Shown: positions 24,557-37,188 of the stretch, one piece after another
Layout: each line of letters begins with the position of its first letter
How positions within the stretch are numbered: position 1 is the stretch's first letter
Source: Podarcis gaigeae
Taxonomy: Eukaryota
Assembly (NCBI GenBank): GCA_964106915.2
Contig: OZ066919.1
Reading direction: 5' to 3' (one strand)
Length of the DNA stretch: 64,000 bases
The notes under the pieces: model-generated
The model's database searches: none
Told to the model about the DNA's origin: nothing
Seen by the model: only the letters and a program-made list of their open reading frames with translations
Translations under genes and position numbers: made by a program

Positions 24557-27500
24557 TCACAAACCCACTAAAATCAATGGTATAATAAAGATCTTACTGA
24601 AAACCAGACAATTGTGTAAATGGCTTTAAAAAAGTAAATGGTATGTGTTGGAATTCACCATTATTATTTTTCTAGGCATTTCTCATTTCTGCTGTGGGGA
24701 GTGTGGAAAGTCTAAAGGGATCAAAAGTGTGGATCTAAAATGATGTGGATCTATAATTTTAGTCTATGGGTGAGGGCAGTAGAGATGCAGAATGTTAGGA
24801 GGTCTGGTGAAAACAAGTAAACAAAAAGGGGAAAAAGAGAAGAAAATTGCCTGCTTTACTTCCTAACCAGGTATCCTGGAGTTAGAGGTTAGAGGTCTGC
24901 TCGGTCCTAAACATTCAAGAGTGCAAGCTAGCTCTAGTTTCTATTCCAGGACAAGATGAGAAGTCTTGAGGTTTGCATTCTTGGTCTGCTGCTGTCATAA
25001 TTATTTATTCTGAATGTGTGATGCAAAGATAGCAAAATGAAATCAGTTTCTGTATTTCAGCCTCTTTCTGGTTATAAATTGTACAGCTCATAGCTGAAAT
25101 GCATTTCATGTCATTGGCGAAATGGCTTGAATCTGAACCATTATATCCAAGGAAGAGTTAAAACTGAAAATATTCTTGACCAATACTTATAACCCCATTC
25201 TTTTTTTGTCACAAACAATGTGCACTGTCTTAATAAGTGAAACAGCCCATCTTCATTATGTCAAATTTCAAACATTTGAATTGTTAAGGTGCCTTGATAT
25301 TATTTGATTGAAAGGCAACAAATAATACTGTATTTACAGCATCCTTCTTGGTGGAATGGCATATACATGGAGGTCCCAAGAATATTGGGGGTAGTATCCT
25401 GACTTGGGAACACCCTCTCCCAAGAGGTATGCCTGGCAGCAGTTTTACTGGCATTTTGGTGCCCGGATAAAGCTCACCTGTTCATCTGGGTATTCATTAG
25501 TGGACTGGTGATGACTGCATATTATTTGGGGGGGGGGGTGTTATTGCTATTTTGTAGGCTATTTATGTGTGGCTTTCTGTGAACGGGGAAAGTTATCAAA
25601 GTTGCCATTGCGGCCATGTTGGCTACCCTAGCTTTAGTAGTTAAGGCATGGCTCACTCATTCAAGAATGAAACATGGTCAAGGTTTAAGAGGGAGGCAGC
25701 ATGGTTCATGAAAATGTTCCTGTTATAACTAATGATCAGGAAAGCATACTCTGTGAAATTAAGGGTTGTATCCTTCACAATAACAGTGTTTGTAGAATAA
25801 CTTCTGCTCACATGGTGGAATTTCCCCTCAATCTCCCCACCCCCACTCTCACCCCCCACAAAAACCTCCCAAACCTACTCTGGTGGTAGTGGAACAGATT
25901 CAGGTCCCCTCTTGCCATTGTTTGCCAGGCAGTGGAAACTTTTATTCCAGAAGACTTTTGTTTTGCCAGGCACTAGTTTATTTGCCGAGCCTGTCCCTGG
26001 TTTCCTTTATGTGTATTCCTCTTATGTGTATTGTGTGTGTTTGTTAGATTATTGTTTTAAGGATAGTAAATCATCCTGAGTAAAGATTTTGCATTATAAT
26101 AGTGAGATACAAATCTCTTTGTAAATAAATATTGCTTCCTTTCCTCGTCAATACTTTCTCTCCATCAGCAGAAAAGTATGTCATTGAAGCATACTGACTT
26201 CAGTCCCTGGAAGAAATGACACAAAAATGCTGTGTTAGTGATGGTGCTATCTCCAACATTCTGCTATGTCAAATATGAAGACCACAAGAACTTGAGCTGA
26301 TCAGGGTCTTCATGCAGCTCTAGCATTCAGTAGCATCCTCTTCAGTAAAGCTTGGCATTTGAATCTATATTTACATACTAATAAATTGCAGACTGTTTTT
26401 TTCTTTCTGAGAATGCATATTGTCTTCTACTGGTGGCATCTAGTACCCTCTTTCCTGGCAAAGTGGTGCTGAAAAACCTCTTCCCAGAAATGCTTGACAT
26501 TTATCTTCTTGTAACAGAAGCAGAACTGTTTCAGCTTGAATGACTCTAACAGTGTGATAAATTTTCCCCTTGAGTGTATTTTTCATCAAATTTATGGCTA
26601 GATTCTCCTTGCAACTCCTTCCTTTTTGTGTGGATAATAATTCCTTAAAAGATAATTGATTTCTTAGCTTGTTACTGATTTTAGTTTGATGCTAAAACAA
26701 TTCATTGCACTCGTGTAACAGTGCCTGACGTTGCTAGCGCAGGAATTACTAAATCATAGAATTGGAAAGGACAAAAGTCTGCTTAGTCCACAGGCATGTG
26801 TGTGTCTACATATGTGGGTACATGAGCACCTACACACAGCAGAAGCACCACATACCTGAGTCTGTGATTGGGGCATATGGTTGAGTTGTGTTATCTGCAC
26901 TGGTTACTGATGTGTTTCTGTGCTGGTTATTCTCTTTAAAGCCCCATACAGGTTAGGAAGAAGATATCTAAAAGTCTCCTAACATGAATCTGCCCACTCT
27001 CTTATAATCTGGAGGGTCCCTATTGCTAATAGTTATGGCTCATCCAGCAGGAATGTGAAATAATGCTTTCTCAGTTCCTTCCTTTGTAGAGCTGGCTGAT
27101 AGAGTTTCTATTAAGCCATAAATATGGCATAGAAATGCTTTAAGCAAATTATTATACCTTTATTCCTTCATTTCCCCAGAATGGCAGGGTAAAAATTGTT
27201 GTTGTTGTTGTTGTTACTATTATTGTTATTATCTTTGTCCTCCCTGTTTTTGCATATTTCTGGTTCTTTCTCCTTTTAAAAAAAGCTTTACATTTTCTTT
27301 TGTTTAAATCAGTTTCATGTCCATTCATTAGCTAGTCCTTGTACCTGCGGTATATTATATATCAAAGCATGATCATCTGCATCTCATTGATTCTTACAAG
27401 AACATTTTAATTGATATAGTGTATCTTGACTTTATTATTTTTACCCCTCCACTTTTTTTCTTTTCTGTTTATTTGAATTAAGCTTTGTGGCAGGTCCTTG

Positions 27501-28016
27501 TATTTTTATTCAGCTTGTATCATACCTACTTACTATAAGTGCTCAATAAATAATAAACATTACTGCTTTTTTATTGTACCTGTTATCTGGTCATGCAGAA
27601 AGGCCAATAACTAAGATAGCAAATAGAAATAATGTATACAATATTCTTCTGTGGAAATGTGGTGGAATGATGCTAGTGAACGTGATACTTAACTCCAAGA
27701 CACAACCTTATAAAAATGGGCTGAGGAAATGAAACCTCAAACAAGATAAAAACAATTGAAATGAGGGGAAGTGGTTCATGGCATCTAGAATCTATACATA
27801 GAAATATCATGTCTAAATTAAGGGTGGTAACAAGAAACAGATGGTAAACAAGTTAATTGAAACCTGTGGTGCAGAGCTTGCTGTAAAAACACCCTCTTTT
27901 GGATTATCTCATGGAAATAAAAAAGGCAATATACTAATCTAAGTTCTTGAGAGGAAAAAAACTGCAAAGCAGTAGATGGACACTTTTCTAATGCATAAAA
28001 TGTTCTTTTTCCACAG

Positions 28017-28655
28017 ATTCTAGATCAAGAGCGAAGTACGACAGGTATTTGGCAAAGGCGTAACCTTGCTTGGAGAGTGATCAGTCTGCTCTGATGCCAC
28101 TCAAGACTTCACAAGCCATTGGCTGACCTGTCCAAGCTGACTTCCTGCTAACGATATCAAGGAAAATGAAATATTTCATGGACTTCCTAATACTTCTGAA
28201 TCTTTCAAGGCAGCAAATGTGTGTGTATATGTGTGTTGAAAGGGGACATCCTATTTTCTGAATGACAAAGAGCTCTGCCATGGCTGGTGACCATCACTGG
28301 AGGGGTCTCAGGAATATATTCCAGAGTTATCTGGAACAACCCTCACAGGATTACCCTTCAGTCCTGGGGTCTTGCTGGTCTTAATTACTTTATGTATTTG
28401 ATGTTAAAAATGCTCTGATGACCTTTTCAGACGTTGATAGATGTAATGTAAACTTCAGCTGTTTGCAAAGAGAAATGGAGGGTTTACGGACCTTACCATG
28501 CAGCCTGCATTTGACAGTTGCCACAACCTGCAGTTGGCTACAGTAACCATGTGACCTTAGCTTACTGTTTATAGAGCCTTAAGAGGCATCCTGAGGAGGA
28601 ATTCCCTGCCAGTCTTTGATCTTACTGTAACGCGGGGCATTTGCCAAGTATTGCC
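28017..28655 (+). other. PPFIA4: Probable 5' UTR portion of the first coding exon
   Basis: Strong acceptor tgttctttttccacag at 28001-28016; no recognisable repeats up to the ATG. An alternative acceptor accttttcag ends at 28430. Confidence 0.55.
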
Positions 28656-28892
28656 ATGATGTGTGAGGTAATGCCTACCATCAGCGAGAGTGACCCCTTG
28701 GGGTCACAGCCGGGCTCTGATTCTGATGCCAACTTTGAACAGCTGATGGTGAATATGCTTGATGAGAGAGACAAGCTGCTAGAGACTCTTCGGGAAACAC
28801 GTGAGACTCTGTCTGTGACTCAGGGCCGGCTACAGGAGACCGTGCATGAGAGAGACCAGCTGCAGAGGCAACTGAACTCTGCTTTACCTCAG
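28656..28892 (+). CDS. PPFIA4: Liprin-alpha-4 coding exon 1 (79 aa)
   Basis: gccATG start; MMCEVMPTISESDPLGSQPGSDSDANFEQLMVNMLDERDKLL...NSALPQ; donor CAG|gtaaga. Confidence 0.95.
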
Positions 28893-30261
28893 GTAAGATA
28901 AATACACGGATTTTGTGGAAACTAAAAGATGGCAACAGCAGGAAAAGTCATGGGCAAAGATACTCGCATGCCAGGACAGCGGGCATGGCTTTCTTAGTCT
29001 AATTTGAGAGGATATGGCTAAAGTTGGACATGAATGTAATGCATAGTGCATTGGTTTCTCATCACTGTAGGCACTTGCCAGGGATGGAGTTTTGAAACCT
29101 TTTCTAATTTCCTTCTAAATTAACTGCAAAGCTGCTTATAGCAGGTACTATATAATACGGCATTTTCTGCTTTAGCAAGGTGTTGGACTAGGTGATCTTT
29201 GAGGCCCCTTCCAGCTCTAATTGCAGCAATCACTTTATCTGTGTTAATACTTTCTTGCTCCCAATATTTCAGTAGCATTGACAACAGTGTCTTTCTGGAC
29301 TGACTGGCACAACTCTGCAGTGGTTTTGCTCTGACTAGGAGATAGTGTTAGAAGACCACCAGTTAGCTCCTCTGAAATTCATCTTGTTGGATGTAATAAG
29401 AGTCCAATCTTGCCTTCTAAGAGATTTAACATCCATATGAAACTTGTGGGTAAGAACATAAGGGAACCAGAGGTGACATATCAGTGATGCCTAACTCTTT
29501 TTATCCTTGTCCTCGGATCCAGGTGGGTCTGGATTCACTGAGCTGATGCTTGAAGTTGGTGGTGGGCTAGATGAGATAGAAAAAGCTTAAGTGTAATTAA
29601 GATATGATGGGAGCTGATAATGGATGAGCCAGTCAGCCTAGGAGCAGGTGGGTTGCCTCTTCTGGAGGGGGTTGCAGTTCCCTGTGAATGAGTAGGTTTA
29701 CAATTTGGAAGTGCTCAATACAGCTACTTTTCCAGCTGATCGTTTGCTGGAGAAAAACTAGACATTGTTATACATGCTGTAGTAACTTTATATATACAGT
29801 CATAACTTCATATGTCTATCTATCATGATTGCAGGCAGTTCCAAGCAGGATTTGTGGGGCTCAGGAATTATAGGCCTAGGTCACAAATAGCCATAACTGC
29901 ACCCATGTCTGATTACGATGGAGCTTAATCTCTCCACATGTCCAGGGAGGCTGTTCTGAAAGCTTGTGTAAGGAACATAAAATCTGGTTCTTGGGGAATT
30001 GGCCAGCTGCCACATGTAAAATACTACATTTAGCAACTGAATGTTGGTCTTTTTTGTAGCTATTTATTTAAAACTAGAGACTGCCTCAGTGCCCCAGGCT
30101 AAATTCCAAGGAAAAGAACTGTTCAGTCATAATTGTTTGCAGTTTCATTTCCAGAGTTCTAATTAATTCTAACACCTTAACTAGTAGTGTGCCAATAACA
30201 GATTTCCTCTGATCTTCATAGTCCTTTTAATTCTGGTTCTCATTTCTTCCTAAGTCAGCTT

Positions 30262-30394
30262 GTATAGCTCAGTTGTTTAGAGCGTTATGCTGATAATGCC
30301 AAGGTTGCATGTTCAATCCCTGTTTGGGACAGCTGCATAGTCCTGCATTGCAGGGGGTTCGACTAAATGATCCAACTCTACAATTCTGTGATTC
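30262..30394 (+). mobile_element. tRNA-Ile-derived SINE with CR1-like 3' tail
   Basis: tagctcagttgtttagagcg...gctgataatgccaaggttgcatgttcaatccc followed by cctgcattgcagggggtt...ccaactctacaattctgtgattc. Confidence 0.75.
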
Positions 30395-30845
30395 CCTCCT
30401 GACTCAGCTTTCATGGAATTTGATGCAGCAGTGTGTTGGATGGGGCATGATATGTATGTACATGTAGTGAAGGTTACTCTGTAACTAATTAAATGAAGTA
30501 CAGGTAACTTGCATCTTATGCTTATTATACTGTACTTGAGTACAGCTTTATGCTGAACACCATTAAATAATTAAATAAATTTTGTGCATGGGGGTGGGAG
30601 GAGGCAGCAATCCGTCAGTCTTTGGGAGAGTGGTTGAGAGAGTAATTGGAGTGTGGAGAGAGAGTGGAGGAGATAGCACAGAGTTTGGGAGGTGGTTGAA
30701 GAGAGATTGGTGGAGGCCAGAGAGACTTGTGGAGGAGTTTGGAAAGACATTGGGGGAGGTTGGAGTGTGGAGGAGGTACTTGGAGAGAGTTGCAGACTGC
30801 AGAACAGCCCCCAAACACAAGGTATCATTGTCATCAGCTACTGAG

Positions 30846-31106
30846 CTCCCGTTGCTCGGTCCCTGCTCCTGCCAACCTAGCATTTTGAAAGCACGTCAAA
30901 GTGCAAGTAGATAAATAGGTACCGCTCCGGTAGGAAGGTAAATGGCGTTTCCGTGTGCTGCTCTGGTTTGCCAGAAGCGGCTTAGTCATGCTGGCCACAT
31001 TACCCGGAAGCTGTACGCCAGCTCCCTCGGCCAATAAAGCGAGATGAGCGCCACAACCCCAGAGTCGGCCATGACTGGACCTAATGGTCAGGGGTCCCTT
31101 TACCTT
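30846..31106 (+). mobile_element. 5'-truncated Sauria SINE nested in Tigger
   Basis: Ends ggtccctttaccttt; TSD tactgag at 30839-30845 and 31107-31113. Confidence 0.85.
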
Positions 31107-32371
31107 TACTGAGAAACTAAAGAAGCAGAGGGTGGCTCCCATGCTGGAAGAGAAAATGGTTGTGCTGGACTGTTTGAAGGATGGCATGCCTGTGTGTGCT
31201 GCGGCATGCAAATATGGACAGAACAAGTCCAGCCCCTGTGCCATCAAGGTGCATGAGAAGGAGATTTGTGGCAGCAAGCACATCACTAACTGCAAAGGTG
31301 ATCAGCCAGGTGTGGGACAAGGCCTTGGTGGAGACAGAAAAGGCACTGAACTTGTGGCTGGAAGACATGAACTGTAAATGTGTTCCTGTGGAGGGCAGCA
31401 TCTTACTCCAAAAGGCTCTCAGCCTCTATGACCGCTTCAAACCTTCCACCACAGTTGTGGAAAGCCAGCCCAGTTTGGCATAACAGCTTTAAGGTCCACT
31501 TCAACCTCATGAATGTCCAAATGACTGGGGAAACTGCAGGTGCAGACAAGAGGCTGCAAAAACATACCACGTGAAACTAAAGATGCTGATGTATGACAAG
31601 GTATATCTTCAATGCAAGTCTTCAGTGCAGACAAGATGGGGCTGTTCTGGAAGAAAATGCCTGAGGTGACTCAGATTGCCAAAGCTGAAAAACAAGTCCT
31701 TGGCTTGCAAAAGATCCAGTGACTGTGCTGCTCTCTGGCAAAGTGGCTGGACACCTAATAAAGCCATGCTTGCTGTACAGGTCTCCTTCCTGTGGTTTGG
31801 CAATCCAACAAAAAGGCCTGGATGACTTTTCCATCATTTCTGGACTGGAAGGAACTGAGAGAGTCTCACCTGGAGTTTAAAGTGATGCTTGTGGATACTG
31901 CTTCTGGGTAGCCCAAGGCACTCTGCTTTGCACATAGTTCCCAATACGACTTCCCTCATTGAGCCTCTGGATCATGGTGTGATTCACTGCTTCAAGGTTG
32001 CTTACATGAAGCTCACCTTCTCTTGGATGATCAATGTGATGGATGTTGGAAGTCCTTCAATATTGCCCATTGCATCACCTACATCAAACAGACAGTGAAT
32101 GCAACCAGGGCTGAAACAGTGAAGGCATGCTGACAGAACATGTATTTGCATGATTTTGCAGGATTTCCAAGCATTGCCACTGAGCTTGAGGACATTGTGC
32201 CAGGCAAGTGGGTGGTGATAGCTTTGTTGACCATATTTAGGGGAAAAGCTAATTGGAGGCCAACAGGTATTGACTGTTGAAGAGCTTGAGGAACTGGTCA
32301 GATCAAGTTCAGAATGTGAGGATGGTGAGTGTGAGACAGCAAGCTGGAACCTGCATAACTTTAATAAACTC

Positions 32372-32409
32372 ATATCTGAAGAAGTATGCATGCACACGAA
32401 AGCTCATAC
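32372..32409 (+). ncRNA. Minimal hammerhead ribozyme motif, sense to the PPFIA4 pre-mRNA
   Basis: ATAT-CTGAAGA-AGTATGCATGCACAC-GAAA-GCTC-ATAC; core intact, one mismatch in stem II and one in stem I. Confidence 0.6.
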
Positions 32410-32517
32410 CAAGAACAATCTTAGTTGGTCTCTAAGTGCTACTAGACAATTTTCTTATTATTTTTAATATATATTTCTACTGTGTGTGTCAGACCAACAC
32501 GGCTACCCACCTGAATT
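32372..32517 (+). mobile_element. Penelope fragment nested in Tigger
   Basis: Matches 24311-24463; ataaactc repeated at 32364-32371 and 32520-32527. Confidence 0.75.
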
Positions 32518-33336
32518 TTATAAACTCTTTCAAGTAACAAAGCACACAAATGATCTGATTCCAGAGTTTCATGCATCTATGGAATGCAGCCTCAAGATCA
32601 TCTATGGCATTACAGACACTATGAGACCATAAAAGGAAATGCTTGACAAACCCAAGAAACAACAGTGGCAGTTGCCAATCACAATGTCCCTGATGAAGAA
32701 ACCACCAGTAACAACATTAGATGAGCCCACGCAACCCACCTGTGGTTCCAAACCACAGCCAAGCACTTTTTCTCGTCCGCACATAATCCCCCAAAGCATC
32801 AATTAGCAAAGAAGAGGAGGAGGGAGACTAAGAGCTGCATTTGTTCCTCATTGGTAAGTGAAGCAATTTTTTTTGAGGTTTCAAGAGGTTGCTCTGGTTT
32901 TACACAATTTTGCTTATACACTAAATGACCAGGAGCATAACCCTTGTGCAAGATGCGAGTTACCTGTATTACTACCTTTTACGTGAGGGAGAGCCAAATG
33001 TGAAGTTCTAAGCTAGCACATAGCACTGTAGGATATGAAGAACTTACCATCTTTTTGCAGTATGTTTATAAACAGATTGTCAAAAGCAGTGCTACAAACT
33101 TCCCAGCATGGACTTTGTGTGTGCCCTTAGCACAAGTACCTAAACTCATGAAAGTTTTAATAAACTTTTTCGACACAATAATTGTATTCTGTGCAAATTC
33201 ATAATTAGCATTTTTTTCTACAGGTACTCTAACATTAATACTGTGATGCTATAGAGTGTTTATTCTCATGAAAATCCATCCCTGATAACTGAGGGGAAGC
33301 TGAACAGGTTTGGTACAGTGTTGTGGCGTGGTAGTA

Positions 33337-33351
33337 CCAGCAGGTGGTGCT
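33337..33351 (+). promoter_or_regulatory. Candidate CTCF site
   Basis: CCAGCAGGTGGTGCT, close to the core CCAGCAGGGGGCGCT; motif only. Confidence 0.4.
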
Positions 33352-33904
33352 GAAATCTAGGGAAGACCCATAGCTGGTGCCCAGGGTAATGTTTTATTTA
33401 TGCTAGCTTCCACCCCCCACCCCGATTCAGGTGGAATCGGAGGTGTTCATTTACAATGCTGCAGGAACTGCTTAATCATGCCTTTGCCTGTTTCTTTTCT
33501 CCCAAACTGTTCCATTCTGTTACGCGTTTTAATAAGTTAGGTACACGCATAATAACATACTATGTGTGTTCTTCGTTTATAAGAGAACTTGGATGCCTCC
33601 AGTCACAATTCCAAGTATGAGCATTGTATCTTATCAACATCATTTGTTGCTTCTTTTGTGCATTCTTTTCAAACCCAAACATTTATTCCTTGCTCACACC
33701 ATTTACAGTTGATTCATATTATATCAAGGGCATTAAATACAGATTTACACTTGGAAGACAGTTTATATAGGGAAAAGATACAGTGTTTATACTTGGAAAC
33801 TTGACAGAAGGCATTCAAGTTCTCTTGCAAAGGAACAACATACATACATATGACAATATTTGTCATAGGGAAAAATATGTGTAATACAGTTCCAGGGTAT
33901 GGTT

Positions 33905-34052
33905 AATGCCTCTGTCTTAAAGATGGCCTCCCTGGATCAAGAGGTCTTAGAAAATTACTGTCCCCTCTCTAGTATTCCTTTCCTGAGCAAGGTGATTGAG
34001 ATGCTGGTGGCAAGCCAGCTGCAGGTACACCTAAAGGAGGCAGATTATCTAA
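33905..34052 (+). mobile_element. L2-clade reverse transcriptase fragment
   Basis: ASLDQEVLENYCPLSSIPFLSKVIEMLVASQLQVHLKEADYL (cf. NYRPVSNLPFLGKVIE). Confidence 0.75.
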
Positions 34053-34055
34053 ACC

Positions 34056-34300
34056 AGGGGTTGGCAACCTAAGGCCCATGGGCCACAAGCGGCCCACGGG
34101 GGTTGTTTTACCAGTTCACGAGCTGCCCCCGAACCAAGCCACCTGCTCAACAAGTCCCCGCGCATTGCACTAAACCGGCACAGTGCAGTGCCACAAATCG
34201 CGTTGACTCAGACGCTGGAAAATATGTCTGCGCAGATGCTGGAAATTGCGGGCGCGGGCGCTCATGTGCACCCACGATCCGGACCATGGAGGGATGAGCC
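34056..34300. mobile_element. hAT non-autonomous element fragment inserted in L2
   Basis: CAGGGGTTGGCAACC terminus, CpG-rich body. Confidence 0.6.
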
Positions 34301-37116
34301 CAGAGAAAATAGTTTGCTCAATCCAGCTTCACACGGTACTTAAAAGGTAAGAGAAGACAGAAAGCCCTGTCCTTAATACCTTGTTTTATCATAAATCTTG
34401 CAGACTTCTAGGCTGCAGAAATACACCAATAATGGAGTATTGTGGTATTGTGCTATTACATCATCTAGCACAGTAATTTTCGATGTTTACTGTAACAGCC
34501 TAGGAAAAGGCATACCTTACCCAAGCAAAGATGCTGTGGGTGGAACACATTTTTTATGCTGACAAAGTCCCACTCAGTTTATACTCGATTGAGGGTCCCT
34601 GTTGGCAGCTGTTGGTGGCTGTCAGTGGAGGAGGAACAAGCAGCCTGAAAGCAGCCCTTTTGGGCTGCTCCTTCCTCCTCCTCCTCCTCCACCTTTGCCA
34701 CTGTCGGCAGTGGAGGAGGACTGTATACTGTCAAACAGGTGGAGGTTGTGAAATTCACCTCAGAGAGGCAAATCTTGCACAGAGCAGGTCTCTGGGGCCA
34801 TGGCCTTTTCATTGCCTACCCCATTAGCTGGTAGTTGAAATCCGGGCACCATAATGGGTGTTTCCCATATATTTATTATTTAAACTTCAGTGCTTAGAAA
34901 ATTTCAAAGGGGATATATTTGGTCTACTTCCCACGTTACTCCTCCTGGAGCTGAATCTAGAAGTCATTCATACAAAATCAGAAAGTGGAATTTTTTTTGC
35001 AAGTATTTGAGTCATACAAAGGTGTACTAAGCTGCTCCTGATTTCTGGGCACACCACTATCTGTCTCTCAATGAGATGTGAGTAAGTATTCTACCCTTCC
35101 CACACACATTATAATTTTACTCAAAGGATGCATAAAATCCAAGCCAAAGTTTGACATTGGATTGAATCAAAAGTAATCCATACACCTAGGTTTATTTATG
35201 TTTGTTTATTTCACAGCTAGATTGCAATAAAACCTCCAAGTGGTTTACAGTAAGAATTATCAGTAAAGAAAATAGTTAAAAACAACTATTTAAAACATTA
35301 AAAAAAAATTAAATTCAATTACGATATATGCTTAAGAGCCAGGTTAAAGTGCATGTCAACATTTTACATATTGGATAGGTTTGCCTAAACAAAATATTTT
35401 TAGCAGGCACCAAAAAGAGTGCAGTGAAGGTTCCTTGCCACTAGGAACAGCTGCAGTTTTAAAGCATTACAAAGATTTTGCACAAAGTTAAACATTAAGT
35501 GACATGGACTTTTATTGTCTAAAACAAGTGCAGACAATGTGATACCCTCCTGAAGTTGTTCAACTATAATTCCCATCAGTCCCAGTCAGCATGGCCAGTG
35601 GTGAGGGTTGATGAGTGTTGTAGTCTATCAACATCTGGAGAGCATTGTGTTTGGCTACTTGTGGTCTTAGCATTCTTACTGAAGAAAATTGGTAGGCATG
35701 ACACTGTAGCACTTGGCAGCTCCCAGGCAGGAGGATAATAAGCCAATCCTAAATGTAGTTGTCACTGTCTCCTTGTTTCATGCAGATGATTGAATGTGTA
35801 TGTGTGTGGAGTGGGGATGGTTGAGTTTACCTTCAGTAAAATGCAGACAAGATTATTTGAAAACAGTGCGAGTGGCTGTTATTAATATTGTGTGTCCAAG
35901 GCTCTGGGTCTCATGTGCATATCTTTCAGAACAGAAGAGAGCCCAGGGTTGGGATTAACCTTGGCAGCCATGTTCTGAGGTGATTATTTAGCAGGTCAAC
36001 CATGAACCCCAAACTGAGATGCTAGGCCCTGCAGCATGCTGCAGAGCCTAGCTAAGGGTATGACAGCTCACTTTCTGGCTTGTAGTGAGAAGGGGGAGGA
36101 CCTGTATTTTTAGAAGGGGGAAAGAAACTCAAATATTTCTTGCATTATAGTACTACCAACCCCAGGGTACTTCACATTCAGCTGAGCAGCGACAGCAGTC
36201 TGCAAGAGCTTGGCAAGGGAGGGAGAGCTAAGCACTCAGCCAGACAGGCTGCTTACAAGCCCAGTATGAGCACCTTCTGGCCTTGACACATTTTGGTCTT
36301 TCTGCTTCCTCACTGAGCTGAATGACCTTCTGCCCTTGGCAAATTCCCAGTTGGGTCAGCCAGATCCAATAAATTCCAAGCTGGTCAAAAGGTACCCTGG
36401 CCCTAAATGGGCTCTGCCGTAGCTGATTTTCAGGCACACGCCCCTTTGTGGCCTCACATGCTCAATGCCCACGTCTTGGATTGAGAGCCACAGCTCTGGT
36501 GTCTGCACTCATCCATGTTGAGCAGCTGGGCAGAGAGCATGCCAGGTCAGCCAAGGGAGGGTTACGCCTCTCGGGCTCTGCAGCCGCTTGGATTAAGGGG
36601 CTATGCGGATTTACTCTCTGCTCTTGCTTCAATTCCTCTCCCTCCGACGTTCTGTATAGGGAACATGCAAGCAATGCAGAGCAAACTAGGTCATTGCAAA
36701 GGGACTTTGTGCATCTGTGAGATCCTCTGGGGGAGGCTGCTGGCTCTCCCAGCTCCCAGCTTCTGCTTGTAGCATTTTTGCCTCCGTTACCAAGTCACAC
36801 TGCTGCCTCCCCTGGATCTTGAAAAGGGATGTGATTAGCACAGGCAGCAGATGGGGAATTTCCGTGAGCTCCAAATGCCTCCTCTTGACAAGGGCTTCGC
36901 TGACACTATTCCAGTACCCAGTTCTCCTCCTCCTCCCAGACAGACAGATTCTGCAAGAAGCAACTTCCTGCTGGTTTGAACCTCAGGCACCAGGGTCTGC
37001 AGCAGGACATGGAACTTAGGCTGCTTCTACCCTTCATCTCTGGATTTAGTTGCTATTCTCCCCTCGGCCTGGCAGAGCCATGGATTTACAGATCAAGCTG
37101 GCTATGATTCCCCAGC

Positions 37117-37188
37117 ATGAATACAGGGAACAAATCCATAACCATCCATCTGTCCAATGGCATTAATTTCAGCATGTACATGTATCAG
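37117..37188 (+). CDS. PPFIA4: Candidate alternative first coding exon (MNTGNKSITIHLSNGINFSMYMYQ)
   Basis: agcATG, 24 codons, strong phase-0 donor CAG|gtaagc, in frame with exon 46712; preceded by a GC-rich, CpG-retaining, non-repetitive stretch. Confidence 0.6.

Larger units (their letters stand above)
30501..32966 (+). mobile_element. Fossil full-length Tigger/pogo DNA transposon with pseudogenised transposase (~31110-32770)
   Basis: TA-flanked TIRs CAGGTAACTTGCATCTT / AAGATGCGAGTTACCTG; peptides LEEKMVVLDCLKDG (HTH), EKALNLWLEDMN...LLQKALSLY (CENP-B-type HTH), QVFSADKMGLFWKKMP and PNTTSLIEPLDHGVIHCFKVAY (DDE domain); many frameshifts. Confidence 0.9.

Noticed and set aside
30262-30330. 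tRNA-Ile-like sequence
   Set aside because: Stems are degenerate and it runs into a CR1-like tail, so it is a SINE head rather than a tRNA gene.
31084-32467. Possible domesticated TIGD gene
   Set aside because: Multiple frameshifts, stops, altered catalytic motifs and nested insertions; TIRs are still present.
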